Positions 47,896 through 61,513 of a stretch of 64,000 nt of DNA are shown in pieces. Both the position numbers and the translations under genes were made by a program. The stretch is from Marsupella aquatica (Eukaryota; Plantae; Marchantiophyta): positions 2,788,380 through 2,852,379 of the forward strand of contig OZ316898.1 of assembly GCA_973895155.1 (NCBI GenBank). Direction: 5' to 3'. The notes beneath the pieces are model-generated. The model searched no databases, was not told where the DNA came from, and was given only the letters and a program-made list of their open reading frames with translations. The stretch's first letter is position 1. Each line of letters starts with the position of its first letter.

Positions 47896-50710
47896 GACCG
47901 TGATAGCAAGAGACCCACCCCCAAGTTAGAGGGTGGCATGGTCTGTGCTGGTCAGGATTAAGGGGAGCTTCAGGGCTAGGTACTATGGGATTAGAATGAG
48001 AAGTGTTCATGTGTGTCAACATGCTTGAGTCAATAAGATCACAAATTTACCTCGGGGGTCTCATTATATGGATGTTTCTCCATCATGGTTTTGGGTCTCG
48101 GACCCCCTAAAATGTAAGAAAAATAATAATTTTTAACCCCTATAAAGTTGGAATATTCCAAAATTTGGTTACAAAGACCCTACTTTTCTTACAAGTCTCA
48201 AAATTGGATTTACCTTGTTGTTCTTCTGAGAAAATTCTTAAGTCTTCCCTTTGATCCAATAAAACGACCCTATACTTCGTCGCACGTGATGTCTCATTTT
48301 TGTAGAAATGAAACCCCCCAATTTTTTCCTAGAGAGTGAGGATTGTACAAATACATTAGTAGGGAGTATGTTGTCCCTCACAGTCCCTGTTAAACTATAG
48401 GGGCACTCCTTATCCTGTATACTGATAGTACAGTGCATTCTCATTGGCTCTAAAGTCAAACTCAAATATTTAAAATGCTATGTACACCTTGGCATACGAC
48501 CTAGTTGGGCCCCAGGGGATGTCACAGGGAGTAATTTTACTCCCTGTCCCTCCCTGGCCTATGGAACCTAGCCTTAGCGTTTGGTGGATAAGCCCTGCAT
48601 CAATATCTATTTCCCTCTTGAGGAAAGTCAAGCACTTTGCAGGTTTGCACAGGAAATTTGCAAAGAAAAGCAAAGAAGCTTGTGGAAAAACCTGACCTTG
48701 GAACCTTGTGAGTTCACAGACAATATTTTAGAGAGCAAGCAGACTAGCTAGTCGTGCCCATGTTGCCACTTGCCATATAGATTCTAATCTTATTTCTCCT
48801 TAAACGAGAAGTTCCCATGTAAAGTACTCTGGTACAATAAATCTAGGGTAACCCATAGTACTCATTTCACATACATTAATAAGAAATAGCATATTGTATT
48901 TTCAAGAGTTTTAGGAAAGTAAAGCCTGGATGGACCAAGGGGTTTGCTGTGAAGCCCCCATGGATTTCCAAAGCTGGGATAGACTGAATTAAACTCTGCT
49001 CAGATAGCACTCTTTACAGTTTTGACCCATATGTGACCTATAAGTTGCAGCTCATGCAAATTACTCAGGGCGTCCTTTATAAAAATGGTAAGTTGGTGGT
49101 CATGCCCAAGTACTGAGGGAGTTCTTCACAAAAGTGAAGTGCCTGATTATGGTTAAAACTAACTACAAGTACATAATAAGTCTAGCCGCAAGAGTAATTG
49201 TGTGAGTAACAATCCTGCTCATCAAATGATTCCCCTGCTGTAAATAGTACATTGTTGAGGGATGTCCCCTGGCTTGTAGGATTTGCCTTCGAGCACCCCC
49301 TCTAGGTTGACTAGAAAGCCAACCATACTTTCTTTTATATAGCTAGTCAGAAAAACATGAGTCCTCAACTTCAGTTCTCATTCCACTCCATAGAAATCCC
49401 TCCCTAGTCATGTCGAGATGAAAGAGTTGGCTCTTCATGCCAACTACACTTTCATTGCTCAACGTGTTTCTGACACCAAGGGAGTATCTAGAATCCTAGA
49501 TTGTTTTCAAACGATGTTGTAAGCTAGAGAATACACGTCACGAGAAGGTTACTACAAGAATATAGTCAATTTACTACATTGTTGCAGATGTCCTAGAAGA
49601 CCAGCATTTTACCTTTGTCCTTCTGGACCTTTCACTTTGCATAAATTCTGTGTGGTTGCATTTTTTGTTGTTGTTGGTGTGGTTGCATTCTTAGATTTCA
49701 TCTTAGTGTATTGTATTCTTTTGCTGTTTATTCTTTTCAGCTGGTCATTGAGACTGCAAAAATCTAATCCACTGATTTAATCTCCTATTTATTGGAGGAT
49801 GGAGTATAGGGGACTTTAGCGATGGGCATAAACCAAGGAAAACACCTGTCGTGCTGCCACAACTGCAACGTTGGTCTGTTGTAATTAGAATGCCAACTGA
49901 CGACAATAGTGAGTCTCAACCCTGAAAATTTGATGAACCTTAACTTAGTAATTGAAGTCACAGACTGAAAAAGTTATGAACTAGCAAATTCATGGACAAC
50001 TTTTTGCTATAAAAATGGGTCAGATGCTATGAGTCACTGTACAGGGCAGTGGAAGAAAGAAGGTTTACATAACCTTGTGAAAAAAGCTATCCTCATTTGT
50101 TTATGGCCAAAAGTCATATCCTTAACTATGAAGTTGAGAGACTCCCAAATATCATAAAGTCATATACTAGACGATAAATAATTCATTCACTGCTTTTCAC
50201 GCGGTTTTTCACTATGTTTGCACTTTGTTCGCTCTGCACGTTTTTCGTGGGTACTGTCAGATTCTAATGTGTAGAATGAGTAGTACCACTTCAGCGCTGT
50301 CAGCTTGAGAGGAGGACCAGACTCTCCATCTTTGGAGTAGAGGGGATGTTTGTGAGGTGTATATCCCTGATCAGTTCAGCCTGCCACCATTCGTCCTCTG
50401 CGTTTCCTATCTTTCTTGCTCCCTGTTTCCCCTTGTTCCACCTCTGCTCATCACCCCACCTTGACACTAATCAAAGAATAGATGGCATCTCAAGTTCAAT
50501 GAGCTCTTCTTTTACAATGTCATCAGATTCTTCCTTCGTATATTTTGACTTTCCTTTCACTTCTCCCTTCAACTCGTGATCAATGTCGGCAAAACCTCTG
50601 TGCACCATTCTTTTTTGTCTGCTGTTAATGTAATTCTTCCTGTTCCTGCGCCCTCTGTTGGACGCCTTCTTCCCGAGCTCCCTCCCCCTTCTTTCACATT
50701 GCAGTCAGCG

Positions 50711-50979
50711 CCCTCTACCATACCAATCTTCTCGACAATTTTAGAAAAATGATTTTATTGAGTTCTGGTGGACAGTACCAGGACTAGCTGGTGACAGCGG
50801 TGGTTTAAACACTTGCTACTGTTACTCCCCCTCTAGTTTCTTCACCTCCTCTAGAATGCCAATCTTCTCCACGGCTTTAGAAAAATGATGCTAACTATGG
50901 TGAATTCTGGTAGTACCAGGAATAGCTGGTGACAGCGGTGGTTTGAACAGCTGCTTGTTGCTACCCTCTAGTTTCTTCA
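50711..50979. repeat. Diverged ~135-bp direct repeat x2
   Basis: ccaatcttctc...ttagaaaaatgat...gtaccagga.tagctggtgacagcggtggttt.aaca...ccctctagtttcttca occurs twice. Confidence 0.85.
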
Positions 50980-53952
50980 TCGCATTGGAAGCCCTCACCT
51001 CGATCCCTTTAGATTTCCTTCTGGCAAATCCGTTTGTTTGGGCGTATCTCCAACAATCTCATTGAATCGATCTAGTTTTAACAACCCTTGTATTGGACGT
51101 TCACCTGTCCTATACAGTGTATTTCGGAAATAATTTTACGAGTTTGAAATGATCGAAGTACAATGTAGCGGGTAGACAAGTTATTGCTCTAAAGCTTATT
51201 ATCGCCAGTTCCATGTTGTACATTTGTGTTGAACAAGTGTGGATCTATTCATCCCCGTTATCGTTCCAGAACTGCTACCGAATTTCTGCTTCAATTTGGA
51301 GTCCTTCAAACTTGCAAAGCAGTTTGAGCTTCGGTTTTCAGTACTTGCAGTACTCATCTGATAAATTATTCTTTTGTCCAGGCAGAAGGAGTGGTCTAAA
51401 AGTTACCTCCAAGAGCAAAACAGCAAGTTAACAATCAGCACTGAGACGTCGTCATCTTCAGGAGCTATAGGAAGTTTAGCAGACTGAGGCTCTCCGTTAC
51501 TCCCGAGCTTTCCAGAGTCTTGTTGTTGCAGCTGTTGCAATCTTACATCTAAGTACGATTATATCAAGTGAGTCCAAGATTATGTGTTCAGAATTCACCA
51601 AAATGTATGCTCCTTCCAACTGTCTCACCTTGAAACTTCGAATTCGGCCTGACGCACAAGCCGAATTCGAAACCAGAATTTTTCGTCATCTATTTCCCAC
51701 CGTCTTACAAACGCTGGTGGGTTTCGATTGCCCTGCAGACACACATAGCAGCATGTAGTTAAGTTAAATCCACACAACGTTTCCCCTCATCAACCGTAAA
51801 CACCAGTTCCCCTCTTTGGTCCTGTCTCATGTTGGCAGAAACAGCTTCTTAAGTCCTCCCCGAAATCTCGAAAACACCTTGTCTGGGAGAATGCCTGATG
51901 AGACTCGCGTCACAGAGTAGGAGGTCATCCTCACTTTCTCTCACCCTGATTTTGGAAATTTTCGTGGCGGGCACAAAGTCGGTTAACGACCGGCTTAATT
52001 TGGGAGATCTCCCAAAGAAAGCTCTGGGCTGCTCACCCTCCTTCGAGGGGGTTTCCCTACACCTTCTTTGTAAATGCTACCTTACATCCCGAGTACTTTA
52101 GTATTTCATGTGGCCAATTTGAACCTTCCCCGCCCGCTTCCCGATTTTTTGGTGACTTAATATATCTGAGACCTTGAGTGCGACGGAGCAAAGATGTCCT
52201 AGCTCACTTCCATCAAGAGAAACATTTGAAACTTGATATCATAAAGGCGGAACTCCAGCTGGCTTGGTTTGTAGGCTACATTAAAATTCCCGTTCCAGCT
52301 GCAGAGATTGCTCGCACTAGTATAGTTCGCTTCCCTTTGGCCATTGCTGCGACTCGTCAGACCTCCAGAGGCTCTCACCTTTTCCTTGTCCTCTCCGTAT
52401 CGAAGGATAATTGTGCTGCGTTTGTGTCCATCCCGACCATGTGGGAGACGTCTGCATATTCAATTGGAAATTTTAGCTGTTTCCTTCCTTCAAAGAGTTG
52501 TAAGTACAAACCATGTCAGGTAGATAAACCGTCACTCGCACCTTAATTTTCCTCTCACGTAAAACATGTAGAAAATTGCGATCTCCTTGTTCCTCCCACG
52601 CTGTTGGGACAGACCTGTTCAGATCCAAATTGAAGTTTCACGTGATTTAGTTCTTAGAAAGCAAAGAGTGCGAGCCATGTCACAAAGCCACATCGAATGC
52701 CTCGAGCCAGAAAGGCCAGTAAAGGAGCACTCTGTGTTAATAATTGGTACCTGTCCTGCTGAAGGTGAGTTCAAAGAAGGTGCACAATCCTGAGTGCTGT
52801 CTTTGCTGGTGAAATTAGTTAGCGACAGCATCAGTTCCAGAGGAAGCCGTGGAAACCCAATTCGAGTCCAGATTGGCTAACATCCCGCGTGCTGTGTCCT
52901 CCTTATTGGAGTCGGAGATGAAATCAAACGAGAATGTTCAAGCAATGAAAAACCATCCAGCAGCAAAGGGAACGAAGTCAATAATGCACAAGGGCAAGCC
53001 TTGGAAGCCAGAATTTTAGCTTGTGCGATTGCGCCGACAAAACCAAATAAGTAACAAGCGACATAGTGAACTCTTGCTCCTTTCGTCCGAAGCCTCCAAT
53101 AACACAATGCTAAAATGTTACAAGCGTCAGTGAGAGGATGATTGTACTAAGCGTCCGAAATTCCAACAAAAACGAAAGAACGCAAGAACTCACCCTGATG
53201 AAGAGAAAAACCCACAGAATGGCACCCAAGGCGACAATCCAAAATTTCTGTAATGAAGCGAGGGCAACAACTCCCCTCGCTGACATCACTTTACAAATTG
53301 ATAAAGTTGGTTGGATTAAATCCAAATGACGAAACAATGTTTATCAGGAACCTAGGCACGGATTTCCAGGACAGAAAACATCCCACCGAAGACATTGAAC
53401 TGGTTGAATCACATTGCAACGCACAAGTAATGTGGTGGTAAGCCATAGGACAATTTACTTGAGTGTCAACCCACAGGTCGGATGGACTGAATATAATCCA
53501 CTGAATTTGCAAATGTCCTGGAGAGCTCCTTATGCTCGAGAAATTTCCTCGCAAAGTACTCGTTCCATGGAGCTAGAAACCAGAATCCCTTTAAATCTAT
53601 GGAACCTCACGACTCTGGAGTGTGGCCCTGATGGAATGAAATGCGCGTGATTGGGCTCTTCCAGATAGAAACAAAGACTAAGGAAGCATGGCTGCAGAGG
53701 TAGTATAGTGGCGGAGCTTGCCACGGGATTCTGCCGGCTATCATAATTAGACAAGAGGCATGAAATATGCCCACATCTCCTCCTCTATAGCTCTCTTATA
53801 TCATCGATGTAGTCACGAAGTAACATATTATACAAAGACTAACGATAGATATTTCCAGTAAAACAACTTTATCCCACGTTTCAGGGCACAAAGTAAACTT
53901 TCTAAATCCTGAAACGAACTGTAAAAAAACAAATCTATACGAAGAGAACCTT

Positions 53953-56900
53953 CTACGGTGTAGGGGCAGGGGCCACAGTAGGGTCGCCCTTCATCTCTAG
54001 GTCTTTGCCGTTAAAGTCTACCCCATTGCCAGCATCAGGCATGTACCTTTCAGATTTATCCTCATCGGCATAATTGTAAGCTGGGCCACCATGACTAGTT
54101 TTGTCCATTCCTGCTAGTTCAGCATCCGGCGAGACTCTGAGCATGTTGAATGCCTTCAGGAGCAAGAAGACTGGAGACATGGTAGCAATCACCCATGCGG
54201 CAACTACCAGAATTTCGATCAACTGTGCCGCCAAAAGTCTCCCGTCTCCTCCCATAAACAAGCCATGTCCACGGCCTTCCCCGTAGGCCTGGAGGACGTA
54301 TTCCTTCCTTGCAAATAGACCTGCACAGAATTGTTAAAGTTGTCAATTCGAAATTTCACTTCAGAACTCACTAAAAGAAACATCCCACTGAGCAAGACTA
54401 AAATATAATTGATATACTGACAGTTTCACATTCTCACTTAGCGTGAAGAGAAAATTGCCATTGACGAAGATTCAACCATGAAGTTTTCTCGTAGCCAGTA
54501 ATCATCCCACATTTCATACAACCCAGCTCTAAGCCTTCGGAGGCTCGTATTCCCAGGTTGATCGATCCCAACAATCTGGGATGACTAAGGGTTTCTCACG
54601 TGTATCCAACAATGCGGCTGCACCCACTTGGGTAAGAAATTCCAAATTCCCAGTACAGTGGGCCCCTGGGCCCTGGCAAATTCTGCTGCCTACAAAGTAG
54701 GAATACTAACAGGAATAATGCAAGGAGGAAAGTCCCTTGGAAACACAGGGAAAAACTGTCACATGCCCCTGTCGGAAATCAAATTTATCCTACCTTATGT
54801 GTGACTTTTACCTAGTTTGTTATTGGTGTTCTTAAGTCCTACTTACAAAAAAGACAATAGTAGAGTATTTGTATTTTCCTTTGGTAATAAGTGGGTTTTT
54901 GCCAATTCTCTTGTGTTCAGACAGGAATTTGTATACTTACCTACAAACACTAAAACTGCTCATAAATCTTCAACCAGAGCATCAATTTGGGCTATAAAAA
55001 TTGTGTCAATGAATTCTAAATGGGTAATGATGCATGAATCATTACCTAACAGTCTACATAAACAACACACGTGCCTTGTTCCACTTAAAAGTATTAAAAG
55101 TACCCAAAGATATCCTCAGGAATTACTACATAACATACTGGGAAACTTAATTCCAACGTGGGGTCCCACTTTAAATCAGAACTCGGAGAAGCTCCTATAT
55201 TCAGAAGTGGGAATGTATGCAATTCTACCACTTTGCGCGTTCTCCTACTTATTTGTCAAAATGATAGGAGAAACCTCAACAAAATGGGAGTATGTCCCAC
55301 ATGGGAAGGGGATAGATCTGCCTTGTGAAATTGTTAGCACTCAACTATTATACAATGAAGGTTTTTTCAATCACGAGCTTGTTATTTGGCTTTCGGGTGC
55401 GATTAACTGGAGATCCAACCGTCGCTAAGGTCAGAGTTCTCTCGGGAAGACTTCACCTATTGAGCAGAGGGAAAACTAAGACATCCAGGTGACACTCATC
55501 TTTCCGACAGTACTCGAACTGGGATCAATCGAGACTAAATTAAATGTGGCATCGGAACGGGGGATGGTATAACAACGCTCCCACACCAACGGCAAATCGA
55601 ACCCTGGAGTGTAGTCGCTACAAGCCCAAACAGACAATCGCTACTATTCAGAAGCTGCTTCAACCTAGGAAGCTCAGCCCTTGAGTCATGCCAATTTAGA
55701 ATCTGGATTTGATACTGAGACACGACTATCTCCAGACCAAGTGTTGTACTTCGGACTTGGTTTGCTACGAGTTCGCAGAATCCCCATGACAAAAAATCAT
55801 GAGATGTCACTTCAACGAAATTTAGCCGTGAGAAATCTGTACAACAAAACAAGGTAAAGTATCGGCAATGATACCTGTGAAGAACAACCCCCATGCACCA
55901 CATCCACCGTGCAATTGAGCCGCTTCCAAAGGATCATCGTATCCGACCTTCGCAGCAAGGAGATTGAAGCTCATGAGAACCGCACCAGCTCCCATACCGC
56001 AAAGTACTGCAGCCCATGGATCCACTACAGCGCATCCCGCTGTGATGGCCGCGAAACCTCCCAGGAGCCCGTTGCACACGTCAGTCACGTTCCAGTGCCC
56101 TGAAAGCATCCAAATCAGTTCAATAGTGAGCACCCAGCGCAAGTGGTCACTTAGAGAAACACGCCCAAGGCTGACTGCATTGTGAGTGAAAATTGCTAAG
56201 AACTGGGCGATGGGGGAGATACTCTAGAGACTTCGCAAATGTGAGCTCGGGGGCCACTGACCTGTCTGTATTTTGCGGACGAAGAGCGTAGTGAGAGCAG
56301 CAGAACAACCAGCAATTGTGGTCGTGACAGCAGTCCTTCCAACACCGGTCCAGTTGCCCTCAAATCCATTTCCACCGTATGGGACGACGATGTGCAGGTA
56401 TGATCCGGGGTTGAATCCAAACCATCCGAACCATAGCAGAAAGCTTCCCAACACCACCAGAGAGGCATTGTGACCTTTCATGTCCATTCCTGTTCAAACA
56501 TCACACCAAATTCTTACTTTCAGTGCTAGAAAATTCTATTCCCAACAGTAACCCGTACAAATGCTTTTGCAAGCGATCCGGCGTAAGCTGAAAGTGGGTG
56601 GAAACCAATAAGTAAGCATAACAGAAACGCGCGTCTGGTTGTTGATGATCAACTACAGTGCCACCACAACAGAAAGATGTCTCAGGAGTGTGTACAAAAC
56701 AAATTAAAAAAACGGTGGCTCGTGCACATCCAACAGACTTCCGGCTCAAAGGCTTTTACAAACCTTGCTGCCCATTCCTACTGAATCTTCCGATCCGCGG
56801 GCCCTCAATCACAGCTCCACAAAGCCCCGCAATTCCGCCTACCATGTGCACAACTCCACTCCCAGCGAAATCGATTGCGCCCACTCCAAAAAGCCTCGAG

Positions 56901-57505
56901 CTCGCGGCAGCACCAAGCCATCCATCAACTGACCATACCCAATGAGCCACTATGGGATACACAAACCCAGTGAGGACCGACGAGTACACCAAGTAGGCCA
57001 CGAATTGGGTACGCTCTGCTATCGACCCCGACGTGATTCCAGCAGCAGCAATGGCGAAGGCCCACTGGAAAAGGAAAAAGCTGTAATCAAATCCGTTGTC
57101 GTAGTTGGGCATGTTGTGGAGGGCGAAGTAGTTGCTTCCGATGAACGCATTGTTGTTGGAGGACCGTCCAAAAGCAAATCCAAATCCGAAGAGGTAAAAC
57201 GAAACACCTCCTGCTGCAGCGTCCAGAAGATTGGTCATCATGATGTTCATGGTATTCTTGGCACGCACAGACCCAGCACAGAGCATGGCGAACCCAATTT
57301 GCATCGAGAAGACCAGGTACGCGGAGAAGAGCAGATACGTGTTATCAACTGCTAGTGTTTGAGTTGCAAGCGATGAGGAAATGGTATCCAGTTTGCCACA
57401 CAAGAACGATCCCAGCTGACTCGCGGAGGCTGCAGAAGCACCTCCCGAGGTGAGAAGTCCTGTGAGAACGCCCAAATCCCCATTCACACATCCTGCAGAC
57501 GCCAT
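53953..57505 (-). CDS. AMT1: Ammonium transporter, AMT1 family, ~520 aa, 4 exons
   Basis: Exons (minus) 57505-56764, 56489-56262, 56099-55875 and 54320-53953 (1563 nt, three phase-1 GT-AG introns). Motifs: [96 protein letters not shown] and GMDKTSHGG. Confidence 0.97.
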
Positions 57506-57979
57506 CTTCTCCGACTGCTATCTTCGCTTGTACTTCCCCCAATTCGGAACACTTCGATTCTACAACCTGGATTGGAAGAAGATCGTCACTCCTCGAATCC
57601 CAACTCCAGTGCTCAACAGGTCACGAAGAAAAACTACGCAATACTGTTATACACACTACTCCTATTTGCTTCCCGTCTCTGCTGTGCCCGCAAATGCACA
57701 GATTTATGCATCCACGACCTTCAAGCACTTTGTCTCCCGTCCCTCAGCCCGGTGAGTGAGCGGGATGGTGGCAAGTGGACACTGTAATGTGCCGACGACG
57801 TCTCGGGTTCTAACATTTAAGGAGAGGCGGAAGGGGACTAGGCCGTGGACCTTTACTGAGAGACCAAAACAGACAAAGTATGAGCTGGAAATCTCGCGTC
57901 AGAAAACACCCCTCATCTTGGTTTCCTCGACTCCTCGCTCTTCAGTCTCCTCCTACTCGTAATTCGGAACTTTTCTAAT

Positions 57980-58380
57980 CGTGAATTTTTTCCTCATCCT
58001 CCAAGTCTTGTGTTACGAATTTGTTTGTCTCGGCAGTTCAATCGCTTTTACTCAATTCTTCGAACGATCTCGTTCGTCGTCATCTATACTTTTCCAGAAT
58101 CTTTCTGGTGTAAATCCCATTCGGCAAATACGGCAGACTGAATTTGATGAATGAGATTCTCTGATTGCAGGAATCTCGGCGGGGATGGATAATTGTCAGT
58201 ACTTAGAAGTCAAGGGCCAGATCAGTTTTTTACTCGTGAATGTTTTTCTCATCCCCCTTCTGTGGTAAGGTGTTATTAATTGTTTACCGAGGGAGTTCAA
58301 TCTTTTACTCATTTATTCAAATGATCTTGTGCATATCTTGTTCGTCGTCATCTATACATTTCCAGAATCCATCAGGTGTA
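57980..58380. repeat. Diverged ~130-145 bp direct duplication in the AMT1 upstream region
   Basis: cgtgaat...ctcatcc...agttcaatc..ttttactca...gttcgtcgtcatctatac.tttccagaatc...ggtgta at 57980-58111 and 58236-58380. Confidence 0.8.
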
Positions 58381-58435
58381 CTGATGCATTAGGCGCACTG
58401 CATTTCATGAATGTATTGTAGATATTTATATTTTA

Positions 58436-59533
58436 CTAGCCCGATGGATGTGCCTTGCACAAAAGATGTTGAGTGGAAACATATGTCGTGGTGAAGAAAC
58501 AATGTGGGTGTGAACAAAATTGTCCATGAGAGAAAACTATATCCAGGCGAAGAAAAGATGTTGGTGTAAAAAAAATTGTCAATGAGAGAAAAAATTGTAA
58601 AGATGAGGAAAACATGTCAAGAATAGAAAAGATGTATGAGGGTGAAGGAAAGATGTCGTGGTGAGTTAAAGAACACAAAAATTGCGCAGAACATGTTGAG
58701 GTGAAGAAAAGATATTGAAAGGAGAAGAAAATGTCAAGATGAGGCAAAGTCATCAAGGAAATACAAAAAATGCAGTCAAATTCATTCCCTATGCGCAGCA
58801 AAAAAAATGTAGCATAAAAAATGTCATGGTTTGATGATGTTTGTCATTGTTGCAAAATGTTATCATTTTGTTATTATTGTGAATGTGTTATTGTTGAGGA
58901 GAATGAAGGTGAGAACATGAAGATGCAAAATGGGTGATAGTGGCCATTACATCATGGAGTCGGAGCATGATCACCCAAAAAAAATACAATTTTTGCTAAA
59001 ATTTAAATTATTAATATTTTTAATACATAAATATATACATGTTTTTTGAAAATGGGGGACAGGAAAATAAAATTATCTCACTTTATCCTCTTCTCCATTT
59101 TTCCTTACCTTTTTCATTCTTCTCTTCGTCAAATTTTTTTCCTTTTTTCCTTTGTCTAGCACTCCGCCTTTTTTCCCTCCATGCCAATTTCTAGCTACCT
59201 TCTTCCTGAGCTTTGGATAATGCTTTATCTTTATATCTTTATGAGAGGAGAGTATAATATGATAACACACCCTTGTAGAGTTGTAGTCCCCATGTGAAAG
59301 TAGTCTCTTGGGAAAGTAAAAAAGACAATTTCAAGTGCAATTGTTCTTGTTCTCACATAGGCTATTGTAATGTAATTATCTGTCTATGTGTACCTTGACC
59401 ACTAAATTAATAATCAAAAGGTTTTAAAAATCACCCAAACGTATCTAATGATTGTCATTCATTCCTGCCCAAAATGCATTTTGTAACGGGACAAAGGACT
59501 AAAATGAGCCGGATTCAATATTATAGATGTAGA
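58436..59533 (-). mobile_element. Non-autonomous Helitron (~1.1 kb)
   Basis: Minus strand: A|TCTACATCTATAATATT at the 5' end; 3' hairpin TGTGC-AAG-GCACA ~10 nt before CTAG|T. Insertion between A and T with no TSD. Confidence 0.75.
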
Positions 59534-59779
59534 TTTACAGCGAGATTCTCTCTTGGCAAGAAATATCCCCAGGTATGGACTGACAAGATAATTGTATGGA
59601 AACTAAAGGGCCGGATCTGACCTGGCTACCCAAATTCAAATCTGAATTTAAGACACAACTTTTAACTATGTGGTTTCCAATTCTGTCACTAATTTAGTTG
59701 TATTCACCATAAATAGTATACTTTCTTGAATTTGTGGAGCAATATGGAATGGGAGAGGAGAAGAATGAGATTAAAGTGG

Positions 59780-59820
59780 AAAAGGGGAAAGTGTCTAAGT
59801 CTTAGACACTTCCCCCTTTT
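59780..59820. repeat. Near-perfect 41-bp palindrome
   Basis: aaaaggggaaagtgtctaag-t-cttagacacttccccctttt; 20-bp arms with 1 mismatch. Confidence 0.9.
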
Positions 59821-61513
59821 ATATGGCTAGTGGCAGTTTAAACGGCCCCTGACTGGCTGCAAAGCAAAACTGCACGATGGATCCAAATTTAACCTTTAAT
59901 AGGTTACTGTACAACATGGTTTTTTGAGGGTCTATAATAGAAGAACCGCTCCTTTATCTTAAATGAGGGTGAGGGTGCCTCTTTTATTCCCTCTTAGATC
60001 AAGTCTGGATTGTGTAACAATATTAAATCTGGACTGCATAACAATGGAAATGGCTACAATTGGCTTTACAAGAACTTGGGGGCCATTCATGTTAGGGTCT
60101 ACGGATCCTACATGGCAAGCACCCGGGCAAGGAGTGGGTCCCAAAAAAATGCTGATGTTGAGTGCTTATTTTGCATAGCATTTTAGACCACCTCCAGATG
60201 TGGTACAAACATTTTCAAATAGAGTGCCTTCATTCAAGGCATTTGCATTTATCTATTGAACTTCATTTCAGAACATTTTTGGACTGGAGTCTATCTTTAG
60301 AACAAGAGAGAAGCTCCATCAAGTTTGCTTTGGTGAAAAAAGTAGCAAGTGCCACTTCCCCCCTCTTGTAAAGCAACCCTTCACCCACTGACAACCTCCC
60401 CATGCAAGCTACAAGCATCTACTGTAGCGTGTAGCCTGTCACTACAATCATGACACTGTCTTGATGCTCTTCTTTTTATATTTTTTCTAGAATAAAATCT
60501 ATATGGCCAACCCACTTGATCGGTACTCATGGTTGTCAGTATTGGTTTTGGGCAATACTGACACTTAAGTCTTAGTCAGGCTTTTGAAGTCTGGTTTAGT
60601 ATTTCCAGCCAATTCTAAAATTCACAGCAACCCCTTTTGTGTCTTTGTTTTGGCATCAAATGTTTTTTGCAGATATCGAACCCCTCTAGATGGCGAGCTG
60701 AGGTTTGACTCACTGCCTTTTCCTTGTGCTTGTTTAGTAAGTCAGAACATTTAGAACTAGCAAGAGGAAGGGGGTGTGGGTGCAGTGCGAGACTTGAGCC
60801 ATATAAGATCAACTATTTGGTCCAGGGTAAGTTGTGATCCGGTGCTGTGATACAAGAGTCCAAATATGGCCCGATCATGTTGCAAATGACTTTAAACTAC
60901 TGTTCAAGACTCTTTATAGTGAAACTGCAGCGCAGGCTGTCCAAGGTATTTCCGGATATATTGCCTTCATGAAAGGGCTTTAGGGTGCTTGGGACCTGGC
61001 TAGGATTTTTCTTATTTCGGGAATGTTTGGTAGCTGAAAACCTGCCCAGGAAGAAACTGGAGACATGGGAAGTGAGTGCGAGGGTAGGTTCATCTAGGCA
61101 AATGAACACTGGAAGGGGACAGCATCTCCAACCCCTACTTTAACTGAGTATTGACTAATTGAACCCTTTCTGTGTTTACGTTATTGGATTCTAACAAAGG
61201 CACAATTGTAGGTTTTTGGTTACTGGATCTTGTATTTATTTTGGAAAACCATAGACAGGCTTTCTTACCTTTTGCCGGATTTGTTTTGGTTCTCATGATT
61301 GTACTCTAGGGTGGAGTAAAGCTGATTTCTAATGTGGAGCAAAATTGTTTGGGGCTAAATCACAACCTACCATGACAGTTACTCACAACAACTAAAAGCA
61401 GGGTGTCAAGACTGGGCATTTACTCTTTAGGTACTTACTCCTTACTCTAACCTTTCGAGATTGCCTTATAGTGACATCTTTGGTTTAAACCACCACTAGC
61501 CATGACGAAAAGG

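Noticed and set aside
48112-48524. Possible solo LTR (TGTAAG...GTCACA)
   Set aside because: No TSD, PBS or partner LTR was verified.
54817-55428. 203-aa ORF antisense within AMT1 intron 3
   Set aside because: Non-ATG start, no recognisable domain, AT-rich; likely a chance ORF in an intronic insertion.
10863-57505. SEC + bZIP + AMT1 as a nutrient-signalling gene cluster
   Set aside because: Three unrelated genes separated by 8-23 kb of TE-rich DNA; nothing in the sequence shows co-regulation.
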